Positions 24,106-36,730 are shown, numbered from the stretch's first letter. The stretch is 44,620 nucleotides of DNA from Chiloscyllium plagiosum (GCF_004010195.1 NC_057759.1:2492295-2536914), one strand, 5' to 3'. The notes: a model not told the origin generated them from the letters alone. Numbers and translations: made by a program.

Positions 24106-24408
24106 CTGGCAGTCTGAGATCGATGGGATTACTGGTCACATTAAATATCATTCCACTGGGACCCCTGTTGATCGCGCTGCATCGGTATTGGCCTTGGTGC
24201 TGGGACTGGAAGGATTCAATGGCGAGCTCTCTCCAGTCTGAGCTAAAGTTGTAATTCACGCTGACATTGTTTAAGGCTTTCTGTTGGAAGTACCATTGAA
24301 AGTAAGGTCTTGTACCTCGGCTCAATACACACTCTAGAACGGGACTACTCCCAATCAGAATCTCCTTTTTATTGGTTCTGAGTTTGAGGAAAACCCCAGC
24401 AACATGAA
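24106..24408 (-). CDS. FCRL-like receptor exon 7, Ig domain D5 (membrane-proximal)
   Basis: ttttgttccag|tt...CCA G|gtaatc; 303 nt; VLECVLSRGTRPYFQWY..HQGQYRCSAIN. Confidence 0.93.
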
Positions 24409-24829
24409 CTGGAACAAAACAAGACAAAGAGGAAATAAAAGATCAAGTGTTGCATTTCTCATTTTTCTGATAGTTATCTCTGTCTTGTGTAAAATCTAAA
24501 CTTTGAAAGATTTGTGTTAACTATGGCTGGCCAAATGGTACATCAACCAACCATCGCCCTTTTGACGTTCTGTGGTCTTATCATCACTGTCCCCATTCCC
24601 AAATGAGTGTCAACGTCCTGGTTGTTACTGACACAGTCCCCACCCCCACCCCACTACCAACATCCTGGGGGTTAACTTCACTGTCTCCACTTCCACCCCA
24701 CTATCTACATCCTGGAGATTACAGACACTGTCCCCACCTCCACCCTACTATCAACATTCTCAGGGTTACAATCAACCTTCTAGTTCTCCTCAGCTTCCGT
24801 CATTCTCTGATGGATTACCAAACATGGAA

Positions 24830-25660
24830 TCGTAGAGTCAGAGATCTACACCACAGAAAAAAATACCCTCAGCTAATTGAGTCCATACCGCTCACAAGCA
24901 CCTTTCTATTCTCTCATCCATTTTTTTCCATGCCCTTTGGTCCAGTGCATTCATGTTGACCAGGTCTCACAAACTGACTGAGTCCCACTTGCCTGCGTTT
25001 GGCCCATATGCCTACAAACGTTTCCTATTCCTGTACCTATCCAAATATCATTTAAATATTGTAATTGTATCTGCCTTGACTACTTCCTCTCGCATCTCCT
25101 TCCATATACACACCACCCTCTGTGTGCGAAAATTCATCCTCCCATCCATTTTAGACCTTTCCCCTCTCTCCTTCAACCAATGTACCCTAGTTTTGGACAC
25201 CCCTACCGTCGGAAATAACTTGGCTATTCACCCTATCCAAGCTCGTATTTCTGCATGAAAATACAAGTGAAATTTCGAGGACCATTTAATCTGACTCCAG
25301 CCTTTGCATCACAAGTGCATTGTGATGAGGATTTCTGCCTCTCTCACCCTTACAGGCAGGGAAGTCCAGATTCCGCACCACCATCTTGATGAAAATGTTT
25401 TCCCACACGTACCCCTCTAAACCTCCTCCCCATTACTTTCAATCTCTGCCTCTTCCCCGGCCATTGATCCCTCCATCAAGGGGGAAAAGGTTTTCTTCCT
25501 GTCTATTCTATTTACACTCCTCCCATCACAATCATGTCCCCGCACTCACAATCTCCTCTGTTGTAAGGAAAACAACCGTAGTCTGTCCAATCACTCTCCA
25601 TCAATAGAACTCTCCAGCCTCCAAGACAGCATCGTGGTAAATCTCCCACTGCACCCTCCC
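24830..25660 (-). mobile_element. Two CR1 3' fragments
   Basis: caccaccctctgtgtgcgaaaatt and catcgtggtaaatctccc motifs. Confidence 0.75.
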
Positions 25661-25719
25661 CCACTGCTATCACATTGCTCTGCTAATGCGGATTTGTATA
25701 GAGTTGCTTAGAAACTCAC

Positions 25720-26004
25720 CAATCACTGAAACGGCGAGTAATTTGCTGTAGCGGAGAGACTCTCCCTCCTGGTTAGAAACAGCACAGTGATAATTGCCCT
25801 CTTGACTTTTGCTGATGTTGGCGATTGTGTGTATGGTTCTGCTGTGGTTGGAATACTCCCAGTAAATCTCCTGACTATCCTTGTAGAAAATATATTGAAT
25901 TGGGGTCGAACCGCGGGTTACAGAGCAGTTTAACCAGGTGCTGTCTCCTTCCATTACTTCGTTTCCAGGCTTTGCACTCAGATCTGGGACAGACACAGGG
26001 ATGC
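25720..26004 (-). CDS. FCRL-like receptor exon 6, Ig domain D4 (resembles FCRL D4/D5-type)
   Basis: ttctatcacag|gc...ATT G|gtgagt; 285 nt; RIPVSVPDL..EGDSTWLNCSVTRGSTPIQYIFYKD..EGNYHCAVSN. Confidence 0.94.
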
Positions 26005-26099
26005 CTGTGATAGAACAAAACTGTTAGGCACTTTTCCAAGTCAGGAACTGTTGTCTTCAGTAACAAGCTGCATTTCTAACATACAGTTGGAGATTGTCA

Positions 26100-26430
26100 A
26101 AGATAGTTAGAGAGAGATGGACACACTTAGAGAGTTAGAGAGAGACAGAGGGTCATAGAGGGACAAGGAGAAACATAGAGAGTCACAGACGTAACAGAGA
26201 TATAGAGACACAGAGGGTCGTAAGGAGTTATAAAGAAACATAGTATCATAGAGAGTCAGAGTGAGACATAGAGAGACACAAAGTCACAGAGCCATCGAGA
26301 TTAACAGACATTGAGTCATAGACAATCAATGTATGTCATTGAGAGTCAAACAGCTGTTGACAGATATGGAAACATAGAGAGTCTTAGAGATACATAGAGA
26401 CATAGAGAGTCAGAGAGAGACAAAGATAGA
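26100..26430 (+). repeat. Low-complexity (CATAGAGAGT)n-like repeat
   Basis: Recurrent catagaga / gtcagaga units. Confidence 0.8.
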
Positions 26431-26926
26431 GGGTGATGATGAGGGAGATATTAAGGTTTGTGCCGTTATGAGATGTCTCTCAATGCATTAAGATATCTGC
26501 CATGACTTATAAAGGCAAGTGTCTCATCAGCCTTCTTAATCTCCCTATTAACCTGTCCTGTCTCCTTCAGGGATCTATAGACTTGCTCACTAAGATTCCA
26601 GTGTTCCTCTAAACCTGCAAAGGTCTGTAGCTAATTCGACACAAAAAAACCCCTCAATCTTCAGATGAAATTTAGACTCAGGAAGCAGAAACACTGGAAA
26701 TAGCAAAATAAAATTACAAAGCGGGCAGAATGGGATAGATTTGTGAGGTATGGAGAGGGACTGGTGACCGTAATAAATAGGTGTTCACAAATTCAATAAT
26801 GAGAGAGAGTGTAAACGCTGAAGACCAAAATAAATGTTGGGAAGGACAAGATGAGCTGACAAACCCTTACATTTCCAAAGGTTTGAATAACAGTAAAAAA
26901 ATGAAATAAATGAAGATGTAGCTCAC

Positions 26927-27205
26927 GTTTGATTGAAATGAGAACTATGTTGCTCTTTTTCCTCAAATTACTATCGCGAGTCGTGACCTCACATTGGTAG
27001 GACCCTGAATGGTGCACTGTTGCTTCCTCTTTTGCATAACTGCTCTTCTCTGAAGGGAAGTTAAGAGAATCCCTGTTTTTGTAAAATGTGTATAAAAGGG
27101 GGTGATTTTCGTGAAAGGGTTCAGTCAAACAGACGAGGTTAAAGCCTTCACCAATGAATACTTCCACGTCGGGGTCAGCTTGCAATGTTGGCTTAGAGCA
27201 AAGAT
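26927..27205 (-). CDS. FCRL-like receptor exon 5, Ig domain D3 (resembles FcgRI/FCRL D3-type)
   Basis: ttctgttgtag|at...AAA C|gtgagc; 279 nt; DLCSKPTLQADP..GEGFNLVC..LLYTFYKN..HSGSYQCEV..RKKSNIVLISIK. Confidence 0.94.
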
Positions 27206-27539
27206 CTACAACAGAACAAAATCAAAGAGATATAAATACAACAGGTGCTGGAGATCTGAGACAAAACGCAAAAATTGCTGGAGAAACTTAACAGGTGTAG
27301 TAGTATTCTTGGAGAGAGAAACGGAAGTAACATTTGGAGTTGTTTGTGCTGTTTTCAGAATAGCCATCCTGACAAAATATAAAAAATAGGGGACACTATC
27401 TGTTTCGACTCATCACATTTTGATGCCACCACAAAGTTCCTAGTGCACAATCGCAAGTCACAATGGGTTTATCCAACATGGACGTCTTTACCTGTGAATC
27501 ATTTAAAGCAAGACAGAACAACTAAAATGAAATACCTAC

Positions 27540-27800
27540 CTTTTATAATGATGCTTACATCGAGTGAGATCCATTTCCTGAAACCAAGTTTCTGTTCACA
27601 TCGATAAGTTGCTCCATCTGAAAATCTCGCCATTGCTATCGTGTACTCTGATTCATGCTCTCCTTCAATTAAGAAATTGTTTCGATACCAAAGGAAGGAG
27701 TAATCTCTGTCAGATCTCCAGGAATAACTGGAGCATTTCAGAACAGAAGTTTCACCAAGCAGCAGGGTCGTTGAATGGACTTGCACAGTCAATGTCATAT
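27540..27800 (-). CDS. FCRL-like receptor exon 4, Ig domain D2
   Basis: ttctttaagcttcag|at...AAA G|gtaggt; 261 nt, phase 1/1; LGETSVLKC...WYRN...DGATYRC. Confidence 0.93.
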
Positions 27801-28051
27801 CTGAAGCTTAAAGAAGAAAATATAACCTGTAAGATCTGAAAGACCTTAGTAGCCCATATTACAATATAAGGGTATGGAAGTCTTACTGCAACAATACAAA
27901 GGTGCTGGAGGGAACCACATCTGGAGCACTGCAGCGTCTTCAATCCACCAATTTAAGGAAAGATTGAATTTAATGGGAGGTAGTTCAGATAATGTTCACA
28001 GAGCTGATCCTTGGAATGGAGGGGCCATCTTATGAGCAAAGGCTACACAAG

Positions 28052-28360
28052 TTGGCATGGTGGCTCATTGGTTAGAAATGTTGCTTCACAGTTGCAGGGA
28101 CCCGGGCTCGATTTCAGCCTCAGGCGCCTGCCTGTGTGGAGTTTTCACATTCTCCCAGCGTCTGCATGGGCTTCCTCTGGGCGTTCCACTTTCTTCCCAC
28201 AATCCAGAGATGTGCAGGTTAGGTGAATTAGCCATGCTAAATTGCCCCAGTAGAGTTCAGGATTGTATGTTAGATGCATTGGTCAAGGGTATTAGATTGT
28301 TATTCGTCGAAGGGATGGTGTCGACTTGTTTGGCCGAAGGGACTGTTTCCACACTGCAGA
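28052..28360 (+). mobile_element. HE1-type V-SINE
   Basis: Same head, V-domain and CR1-tail layout as 14761-15053. Confidence 0.88.
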
Positions 28361-28379
28361 CATGCTATTTTTAAAAGTT

Positions 28380-30015
28380 GTGATTCTGCGCACTGGAGTT
28401 GAGAAGAATGAGAGGTGTTTCATTTAAATATATAGGGGCTTGACAGGGTGAATGCTGAGAGTATGTTTCCCCCTCATGGGATACTCTAGGACCAGTGGTC
28501 ACAGTCTCAGAATAAAGAGGTACTGATTGAAGACTGAGATGAGGAGGCATTCTCTCAGAGTTGGGAATCTTTGGAACTCCTTGCCACAGAGAGCTGTGTG
28601 GGGTGCAGAGTCCTTGTGTACACTGAAGGCATAGATTCTTGATCAGTCGAGGAATCAGGGGAAAGGAAAGGAAAGGGGATGTGAAGAATGTTAGATCAGT
28701 AATGATATAATTGGTCGAGACATACATGTGGAGAATCTCGGGATTATCAGCACGTCAAGATTCTATAATCTAAATTCTGATCCGAGAATGCGTTGTGTAA
28801 GGGGAGGTGCTGGCCTGGTGGAATTATTGACTATTAACTATTAATCCAGTGACCCACGGTCAAATCCCACCATGGTAGGTGGTGGAGTTTAAAATCAGTT
28901 AATAACAATCTAAGTGTAATGATGACACTAAATTAACTGCTGATTGCCAGGGGAAAATAAATGTGTTTCACTAGTGTCGTTTAGGCAGGAAATCTGCCAA
29001 CAGTACCCAGACTAACCTACACGTTAATACAGCCACGTGTGGTCGACTCTCAACTGCCCTCTGGGCAAGTAGAGATCGGTAATAGGTGCCTGCCTAACTA
29101 CCATCATGCACTGCCCAAAAACTCCTAAAAAGGTAATGGGGTGGAATATTAAGTTAATCATCAATTTTAGTTAAAATGTAAACGATATATGGACGGTATG
29201 AATACTGGCTGGGTGGTTCATAGTAAGGGGGAAGGCGTTAGGTTAATAGGTGGATCAGTCAACAGGGCAGGCCATTGACAGATGGAGTTGAAAACTGTTT
29301 AATGAGAAGTAATGCACTTTGGGGAAAAAAACGCGTTAAATGAATGGCAGGACACTAGGAAGCTCAGGAGGAACCGAGAGATCTTGTGGTGATTGTTCAC
29401 AGATCCCTGGAGGTGGCAGGACTGTTTAATATGGTTGTGAAGAAGATATAAGGGACACTTGCCATTATCATGAAGGTGTAGATTATAAGAGCTGGGAGGT
29501 GATTTTGCAGTTGGACAGGACTTTGCTGAGGCCGCAGCTGGAGCACTGTGTGCATTTCCAGTCTCTGCACTATAGGAAGGGTGTGATTGCACTGGAAGGG
29601 GGCATAGCAGATTCAACAGAATTTTCTCTGGGTTATAGCATTTCAGTGATGAAGAGAAGCTGGATAAGCTTTTGAGGGGCATGGACAGGGGAGTTGGAAG
29701 CAACTCCTCCCCTTAACTGAAGAGTCAATAAGAAGGAGGGAGATATCATTTTAGAGTGAAAGGCAGAAGGTTTAGAGAGGGAATTGTGGATAGTTTCGTC
29801 CAGAGGGTGGGAGGGTCTGGAAGGAACTACCTGGGAGGCTGATTGATGCGGGAATCCCCTCAATGTTTAAAATGCTCTCAATCGCCCACTTGACATGTCA
29901 TAACTTCAAGTCTATTGGTCTAGTGCAGGATAGTGGGAATAGTGTAGATACATCAGTACAGAGCTGATGGGCAGAAAGGTCCCTTCTGTAGTTTACATGA
30001 GCAGAACTCTATGAC
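28380..30015 (+). mobile_element. CR1 fragments (28380-28720, 29260-30015) flanking a DeuSINE-like element (~28800-29110)
   Basis: CR1 QLDRTLLRPQLEHCV remnant; SINE body caaatcccaccatggtaggtggtggagttt..ggaaatctgcc..gactctcaactgccctctgggcaa. Confidence 0.75.
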
Positions 30016-30259
30016 TCACTCACTAAAGTAAATGAGAAGCTAAATTAACTTGCGAGTGAAAAGAGATGATTCATTCAATTCAATGCCATTTCCCTCACTA
30101 TATTGTAACTGGGAACAGTGAGCAATCCGTAGGAGACGGCGAAGCTGGTTTGACACTTCTTCCATAATCAGTTGGACCCTCAGCAGTCTTTAGGATGTGG
30201 CAGAGTGTACGATGCAGAGTGTTAAGGACAGAATGTGACACAGCACGGGATGGAAAAGA

Positions 30260-33215
30260 TATGCCCCAGTGCAGGATGACGTCCAGTGGAGGACGTGAGC
30301 CCAGTGTAAGGTGATGCAGAGTGTAGTGTGAGGCCCATTATAGAGTGAGGCCCAGTATCGGATTTGATCCAGTGTAGGTTGAGGCCCAGGTTCGGATAAG
30401 GCTCACTTTAGAATTTATTTTCCCAGTTTATAACGGCAACCAATGTAGGATGTTTCTCAGATTCGAATGGGGCCTGGTTTAGGATGAGACCGAGTTTATA
30501 ATAAGGCCCATGCAAAATGTTTACAAGTTTACATTATGCCTCAGTGTAAGGTGTGGCCTAGTTTCGGAAGTGCCACTGTGTAGGAAATAGCCCAGTGTGG
30601 GATGTTTCCCAGTTTAGTATTAGTCTCAGTTTAGGATAAACTACACTTTAGATGACGCCTAGTGTAGGATGAAGTTTAGTTTGAGATGTGGAAAGGTTTA
30701 GTACGAGGCCCAGTTTAGGATGTGACTCAGGGAACAATGCACCTAGTTTAGGATGAGACTCAGATTCCACTATAGTCCAGTTTAAGATCTGTTCTAATAT
30801 AGCAAGTGGTGAAAGTGAGGACTGCAGATGCTGGAGATCAGAGCTGAAAATGTGTTGCTGGAAAAGCGCAGCAGGTCAGGCAGCATCCAAGGAGCAGGAG
30901 AATCGACGTTTCAGGCACGAGCCCTTCTTCAGGAATCCTTCTTCATTCCTGAAGAAGGTCTCATGCCCGAAACGTCGATTCTCCTGCTCCTTGGATGCTG
31001 CCTGATCTGCTGCGCTTTTCCAGCAACACATTTTCAGCTCTATAGCAAGTGGTCCAGTATAGGATGTTTCCCAATGTAGAATCAAGTCCAGTTTAGGATG
31101 AGGCCTAATTTAGGACTTGGCCTAGCCGAAAGGTCGACTCTCCTGCTCCTCGGATGCTGCATGAATGGCTGTGCTTTTCCAGCACCACAGTTTTTGACTG
31201 TTTAGAATGAGGCGCATTTGAAGATAAGGTCTAATTTGGGATGTGGCCCAGTACAAAATATTTCCCAGTTGAGGACGTATTGCTGTTTAGACTGAGACAC
31301 AGTTGAGGATGTGGCCCAGTTCAGAATAAGACCCTTTTTAGGATTTTACTTAGTTTAGGATGTCACCCAGTTTAGGCTGAGACCCAGTTTTAGAATGTGG
31401 CAAACTTTATGCTGAATTCTAGTTTAGGATTGGGCCCAGTACAGGATATGACTCAATTTGGGATGATACCCAGTTTAGAATGAGGCCTCGTGTAAGGACT
31501 GGCCCAGCTTGGAAGGAGTTGGTGTTTAGGATAAGATTCAGTTAGGATGAGGCCCAGCTTACAATTGGGCGCAATTTATAATGGGGCACAGTTTATGATC
31601 TGAACAACAATTGGAATCGGCTCATCTTTAGGTGAGACCCAGTTTGGTACATAGCCCACTATGCTGAGGCCATGTTTGGGATTAGGCCCAATTTAGCATG
31701 AGGCTCAGAATGAGATGTGGCCCAGATTAAGGTGAGGCCTACATTGTAATGTGGCCCAATTCAGGGTGAGGCCCAGGTTAGGATTGTGCCTAGTCTAACA
31801 TATGGCTTATTTAAGGATGTCATCCAGTTTAGAATGAGGCCCCATGTATGATCTGGACCAGTTTTGAATGAGGCCCAGTTTAGAATAAGTTCCAGTTTAG
31901 GCTGAGGCCCAGTTTAAAATGGGGCACAATTGACAATGGGGCCCAGTTTATGATCTGAACTACAATAGAAAGAGGCTCATCTTAGGGTGAGACCCAGTTT
32001 GGCATGTGTCCTCTATAAGCTGAGGACCAGTTTGGGATGTGGCCCAGTTAAGAGTGAAGCCAACTTAGGATGTGGCCCTTTTAGTGTGAGGCTCAGAATG
32101 GGATGTAGCCCAGTTAAAGATGAGGCCCACTTGACAATGTGGTCCATTTTAGATTGAGGCCCAATTTGAGATGTGACGTAGTTTAGTATGAGACCCAGTT
32201 TAGGATGTGGTCCAATTTAGGGTGAGGCACAGTTTACAATGTGGCCCAATTTACTATGGGGCCCACTTTATGATCTGAACCACATTAGGGTGACGCTCAA
32301 CTTAGAGTTAGACCTAGTTTCGCATATAGCTGACATTAGGCTGAGGCCCAGTTAGGGATGTGGCCCAGTTTAGCATGAGGCCAATTTAGGTTATGGCCCA
32401 GTTGAAGGTAAGGCCCACATTGTAACGTGGCTCAGTTTAGGATGACGCCCGATTTGGGACGTGTCCCAGTTTATGTATCAGGCCCAGTTTGGGATGTGGC
32501 CCAATTTAGGGTGAGGCCAACGTTGTAATGTGGCCCACTTTAGGGTGAGGCCCTGTTTGGTATATGACCCAATTTGGGATTTGGCCCAGTTAGGGTGAGG
32601 TCAATTTAGGATGCAGCCTACTTTAGGGTTAGGCTTGGAATGGGATGTGGCCCAGTTTAAGGTGTGGCCCACTTTGGGATTTAACCCAGTTTAGGGTGAG
32701 GCCCAGTTTACAATGGGGCCCAATTTACGATGGGGTCCAGTTTATTACCTGAACAACTTTAGGGTAAGGCTAATATTAGGGTGAGACCCAGTTTGGTATG
32801 CAGCTGACTTTAGGATGAGGCCCAGTTTGGGATGTGGCCCAGTTTTGGGTGAAGCCAATTTAAGTTATGGCTCAGTTTAAGGTGAGGCTCAGAATGGAAT
32901 GCGGCCCAGGTTAAGGCGAGGCCCTCTTTGTAGTGTGGCCCAGTTTCGGCAGAGTCCGTGTTTGGAATGTGGCCCAGTTTAAAGTGAGGCCCAATTTAGG
33001 ATGATGCCCAGCTTTGAATTTGGCCTAGTTTAGAGTGAGGCCCAGTTTGGAATTTGGCCCAGTTTATGGTAATACCCCTTTTAGAATATGGCCCATTTTG
33101 GAGTAAGACCTAGTTTGGGATGTGGCCAATTTGGGTGAGCTCCAGTTTGAAATGTGGCACAGTTTAGCATCAGGTCTAGTTTGGAATGTGGTGCAGTTTA
33201 GGATGAAGCCCTGTC
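30260..33215 (+). repeat. ~17-bp tandem satellite (GGCCCAGTTTAGGATGT / GGCCCAGTTTAGGGTGA), on the order of 150-170 units
   Basis: Continuous periodicity, most regular at 31650-33150; located in the intron between Ig D1 and D2. Confidence 0.95.
30811..31040. mobile_element. Palindromic Penelope-like (pLTR-derived) insertion with a 13-bp target-site duplication
   Basis: TATAGCAAGTGGT at 30798-30810 and 31041-31053; ~95-bp near-perfect inverted arms 30840-30936 / 30945-31041; CTGANGA..GAAACGTC core in each arm. Confidence 0.8.
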
Positions 33216-33549
33216 AAGTGAGAAAAGTGGGTAAATCTCTCTGGAGCAGCTGGGTCCTGACACCAGATCTCCTATCAGTCATGTATCCGACCGAATACTG
33301 GAGCAGGTTTAAGGGGCCAAATGGCCTACTCCTATTTTAATTTCTTCTGGTCCTGATGGTCAACATTAAAATCTGGGGAGTTCGAGAATTCCCTCCCTTG
33401 GGAAGTGGGATTGGTTGCCTCTGTGCATCGTTGTGTCCCTTGGGACTTGATGAATGGGACAGCATGCAGTATGATATATTGTGTGGTCTCTCCAAAAAGA
33501 TATGGTGTTCGACACAGAGTATGCACATCAAAGCTCAACGTTTCCGTAC

Positions 33550-33801
33550 CAATGGTCACCATTTTCAAAGGTTCAACTCGTGAAGAGGAGCTCCGATCAC
33601 TGTTCCTTCGACACTGGTAAGAGCCTCCAGTTTTACTGTCAGCTTTTCTTCGGAGGTGATAAGTATAATCCTCGTAAATGTTGTTCTTATACCAGAAAGC
33701 TGTTATAAATCTATTGTTGTACCGACACTTTAGAGTGAACCACTCCCCTTCTTTAATGACACCATCCCTGGGATGAGTTATGACGACCTCTGTGGATTGG
33801 C
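33550..33801 (-). CDS. FCRL-like receptor exon 3, Ig domain D1 (only its last codons appear in the ORF track)
   Basis: ttgttctgcag|gc...ATT G|gtacgg; 252 nt, phase 1/1, no stops. Translates QSTEVVITHPRDGVIKEGEWFTLKCRYNNRFITAFWYKNNIYEDYTYHLRRKADSKTGGSYQCRRNSDRSSSSRVEPLKMVTI, with the Ig motifs C...WYKN...GSYQC. Confidence 0.92.
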
Positions 33802-33964
33802 CTGCAGAACAACAATAACAGTCATTTCTAATGAGTAAAACATCAATCGAAACCTTTCACTCTTCATCACAGTTAATGCACTTGCTGTTTCTGCCCGATG
33901 CAAAACTACAATCGGTCGATTAATCAATGTTAATTGATTAATTAATCCAAATACTATCCTCCAT

Positions 33965-34465
33965 TATTAGGAACAAGTCAGGAATGTGATTCAATAATCT
34001 CCATTTGTTTGGATGGGTTCACTCAACACTCAAGAAGGTCGAAACCATCCGAGGACAAAGCAGCCCCTGCTTGTTAGGAACCACATTCCTGAACATCGAT
34101 TCCCACCAAAGTCGATGGTCTGTAGCAGCAGTTTGTACCATCTAGGAGATGCACTGCAGAAATTCACCACAGATCCACAGACAGCAACTTCCAAAGCCAC
34201 AACCAATTCCATTCAGAAGGATAACATGTGAACACCACCGCGTGCTAGTTCCCATCTGACGCACTCACAATCCTAACTTGGAAATACATCAGCCATTGTT
34301 TCGTGTTGCTGGGTCAAAATCCTGGAATTACCTTTTTTAGGGTATTGTGGGTCTGCCAATACATGTGTACTGCTCAGGTTAATGAAGCAGCTCACCACCT
34401 GCTTCTCATTTGGGCAACTAGGGACGGGGACAATAAATAATGTGCCCAGCCAGCGACGCCCAGGT
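33965..34465 (+). mobile_element. 3' end of a second LINE family (CR1/L2-group); minus-strand copies at ~16640-17150 and ~22295-22650
   Basis: caagtcaggaatgtgat..ctccatttgtttggatg (QVRSVMEYSPLAWM-like) and 3' UTR gcagctcaccacc..gggcaactagggacgggg. Confidence 0.75.
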
Positions 34466-34469
34466 CCCA

Positions 34470-35200
34470 TACGCAGAAATAATCTTCAATGGGACTCCAT
34501 CTACACAAGGACAGTGCAGGGGGTCATTCTTATTGATACGGTCATGGACAGATGGATCTGCAGCTGGCATGTTGGTATGGATGAAGTCGGGTTGTTTTTC
34601 CCACTTGGTTGGTTCCCACGCCACCTGCTGCAGACCCCATCTAGCAGCTATGCCCTTTAGGACCCAACCAGCTTGGACAGTAGTGCTGCTGCCGAGTCAC
34701 TGTTGATCCCCCCCTCAGGTTAGATTTTCTGCCCTTGTCATCTTCAGTGCATCCTCTAAAGGTTGTCTAACACGGAGGAATACCGATTCATCACCTGCGG
34801 GAGGATGGTACATGGTATTCAGCAGGAGGTTTCCATGACACCTCATATTGTCCAGAGTCAATGTTGAAGACCCGCAGGGTAACTCCCTCCGGACTGTATC
34901 CCCCTGTTCAGCTACCTCTGCTGGGTCTGTCCTGCTGTGGGACAAAGCGTATTCAGGGATGGTAATATCGGTGTTTGGGAAACTGTCTGTGAGGTATGAT
35001 TCAGTGTGTCCGAAGATGACTCTCCCAATTTTCGCACTAGCCTCCACATGTTAATGAGGAGGTCTCTGCAGGGTCGACAAGCTATTTCCTCCATTGTCTA
35101 TTCTGGTTTCTGGTTTGATGCTGGGTGATGGGTCTAGTTTCATTTCATTGTTGAGACTTTGCAACGATGGATAAAACTGAATGGTTTGCTTGGCCATTCC
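34470..35200 (-). mobile_element. LINE ORF2 APE-endonuclease fragment
   Basis: TESYLTDSFPNTDITIPEYALSH..GNLLLNTMYHPPAGDESV matches the non-LTR AP-endonuclease motifs (TE(S/T)xL, IxGY, YRPP). Confidence 0.8.
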
Positions 35201-35487
35201 AAAGGACAGGGATAAACCGCTTCTAGACTCGACATGTTAACGCTACTTCACTCTCCTTGTAGATGCTGCTAGTCCTGCCGAGTTTCTCCAGTATTTTCTG
35301 TGTTTATAATTTGTAATGTTAATTCTGTTTCTCTCTCACTCCATAGATGCTGCTAGACCTGCTGAGTTCCTCCAGTACTTTCTGTATTTATACCGTTAAG
35401 TCTGTCTCTCTTTCCCGTAGATGCTGCTGGACCTGCTGGGTTTCTGCAGCACTTGCCATGTTTGGAAGCTGTAACGTTAATTTTGTT

Positions 35488-35503
35488 TCTCTCTCTCTCT
35501 CGC

Positions 35504-35570
<67 letters not shown>

Positions 35571-35582
35571 CTCTCTCTCTCT
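35488..35582. repeat. Compound (CT)n(CA)n microsatellite
   Basis: Long perfect CA run at 35509-35566. Confidence 0.97.
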
Positions 35583-36269
35583 CGTAGCCCCCCACTCCCC
35601 ATCTCTTTCCCAACAGATCTGCTAGAATGTTGAAACATGGCATTTTTACTTTCCTGTCCTGATTAATTCGAGACAAGAAACTTCAAACAGAATCCGTTCA
35701 TTCCCCAGGAACAGTGCTGCCAAGTGTATATCAGCAAAGAGTCCCAACTTCCTAAAGTGACCAGGATCTATTAAATGAATTATTCTACCAGGGCAAAGGG
35801 TATCAATGTTAATGAGATCCACCTTCGCAGTATTGGTTGCTACAAAATACAGCTTTCTATCAACTTTGGATGTTTATAAAGGAACATGTGATTGGAACAT
35901 TGCTGTCTGTTACACATATGGCAAATTCACCACAGTCTTACAAGATCATTGGGCTCCTCTCTCAATACTGGGTGATGGTTTAACTTGAGGGTCACCACTC
36001 CTCAGGCGAGGGGAGAGGTTGAGAAGGAGAGTGCTTCACGGTTACCTCAGCTGCCATGGGAACTGACCTCATGTTGTTGGCATTTCAGTGTATTACAAAG
36101 CAGCGTTCCAAGGGAGTTCTCCGCCCCCAACCCTCCATTGGGGCGGTAATGGGAGGAGTTCTGGAGCAGGGTGTAATTACAATTTAAATAACTTTAATCC
36201 ACATCCAACCCCAAATTCACTGGAGACAAATAAATTGATTTATTCCAGAGATTTATTTTAAGAAGTGTG

Positions 36270-36730
36270 ATTGAGCAGTTTATGCCGATACTCTCTGGAG
36301 TTTAGAGGAATGAAAGGAGATCTAACTTAGGGATATAGGAAAGTAAAAGGGGGGTGGGGTTGACAAAGGAGATGGATAGAGGATGTTTCCTCATGTGGGA
36401 CTATATAGAACGAGACATTATCAATTCAGTAAAAGAGGAAGGCGCAGATTGAGTACAGAGATGGGAAGAAACGGATTCTGTCAAAGGGCGTGTGTGCATC
36501 TGTGGGACTATTGCAACCACCCCCGTCCCCACGGTCCCATGGAGAGGGGTTTTCGGGAAACTGGCTAAACTGAAGGAGGAAATAGACAGACGTTCAATCA
36601 CTGGCAGGTTAAAGGAAGCGAGGACAGAAAAAAGGCGTTGAGGTCCAGATGGCATCAGCTGCGATTGCATGGAATGGGAGAACAGGCTCCAAAGGGGCTG
36701 AACATAATCTCCTGCTTCTAGCCCTTATGT
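36270..36730 (+). mobile_element. CR1 3' fragment (same subfamily as 13930-14380)
   Basis: ccgatactctctggagtttagaggaatgaaaggagatct, near-identical to the copy at 13937. Confidence 0.75.

Noticed and set aside
30260..33215. CRISPR-like array
   Set aside because: Units are head-to-tail with no unique spacers, there are no cas genes, and the context is a eukaryotic intron.
24106..33801. Rearranging Ig/TCR gene segments
   Set aside because: Each domain is a spliced phase-1/1 exon with short inter-cysteine spacing; I saw no heptamer-spacer-nonamer signal or J-motif (F/W-G-x-G) at their ends.
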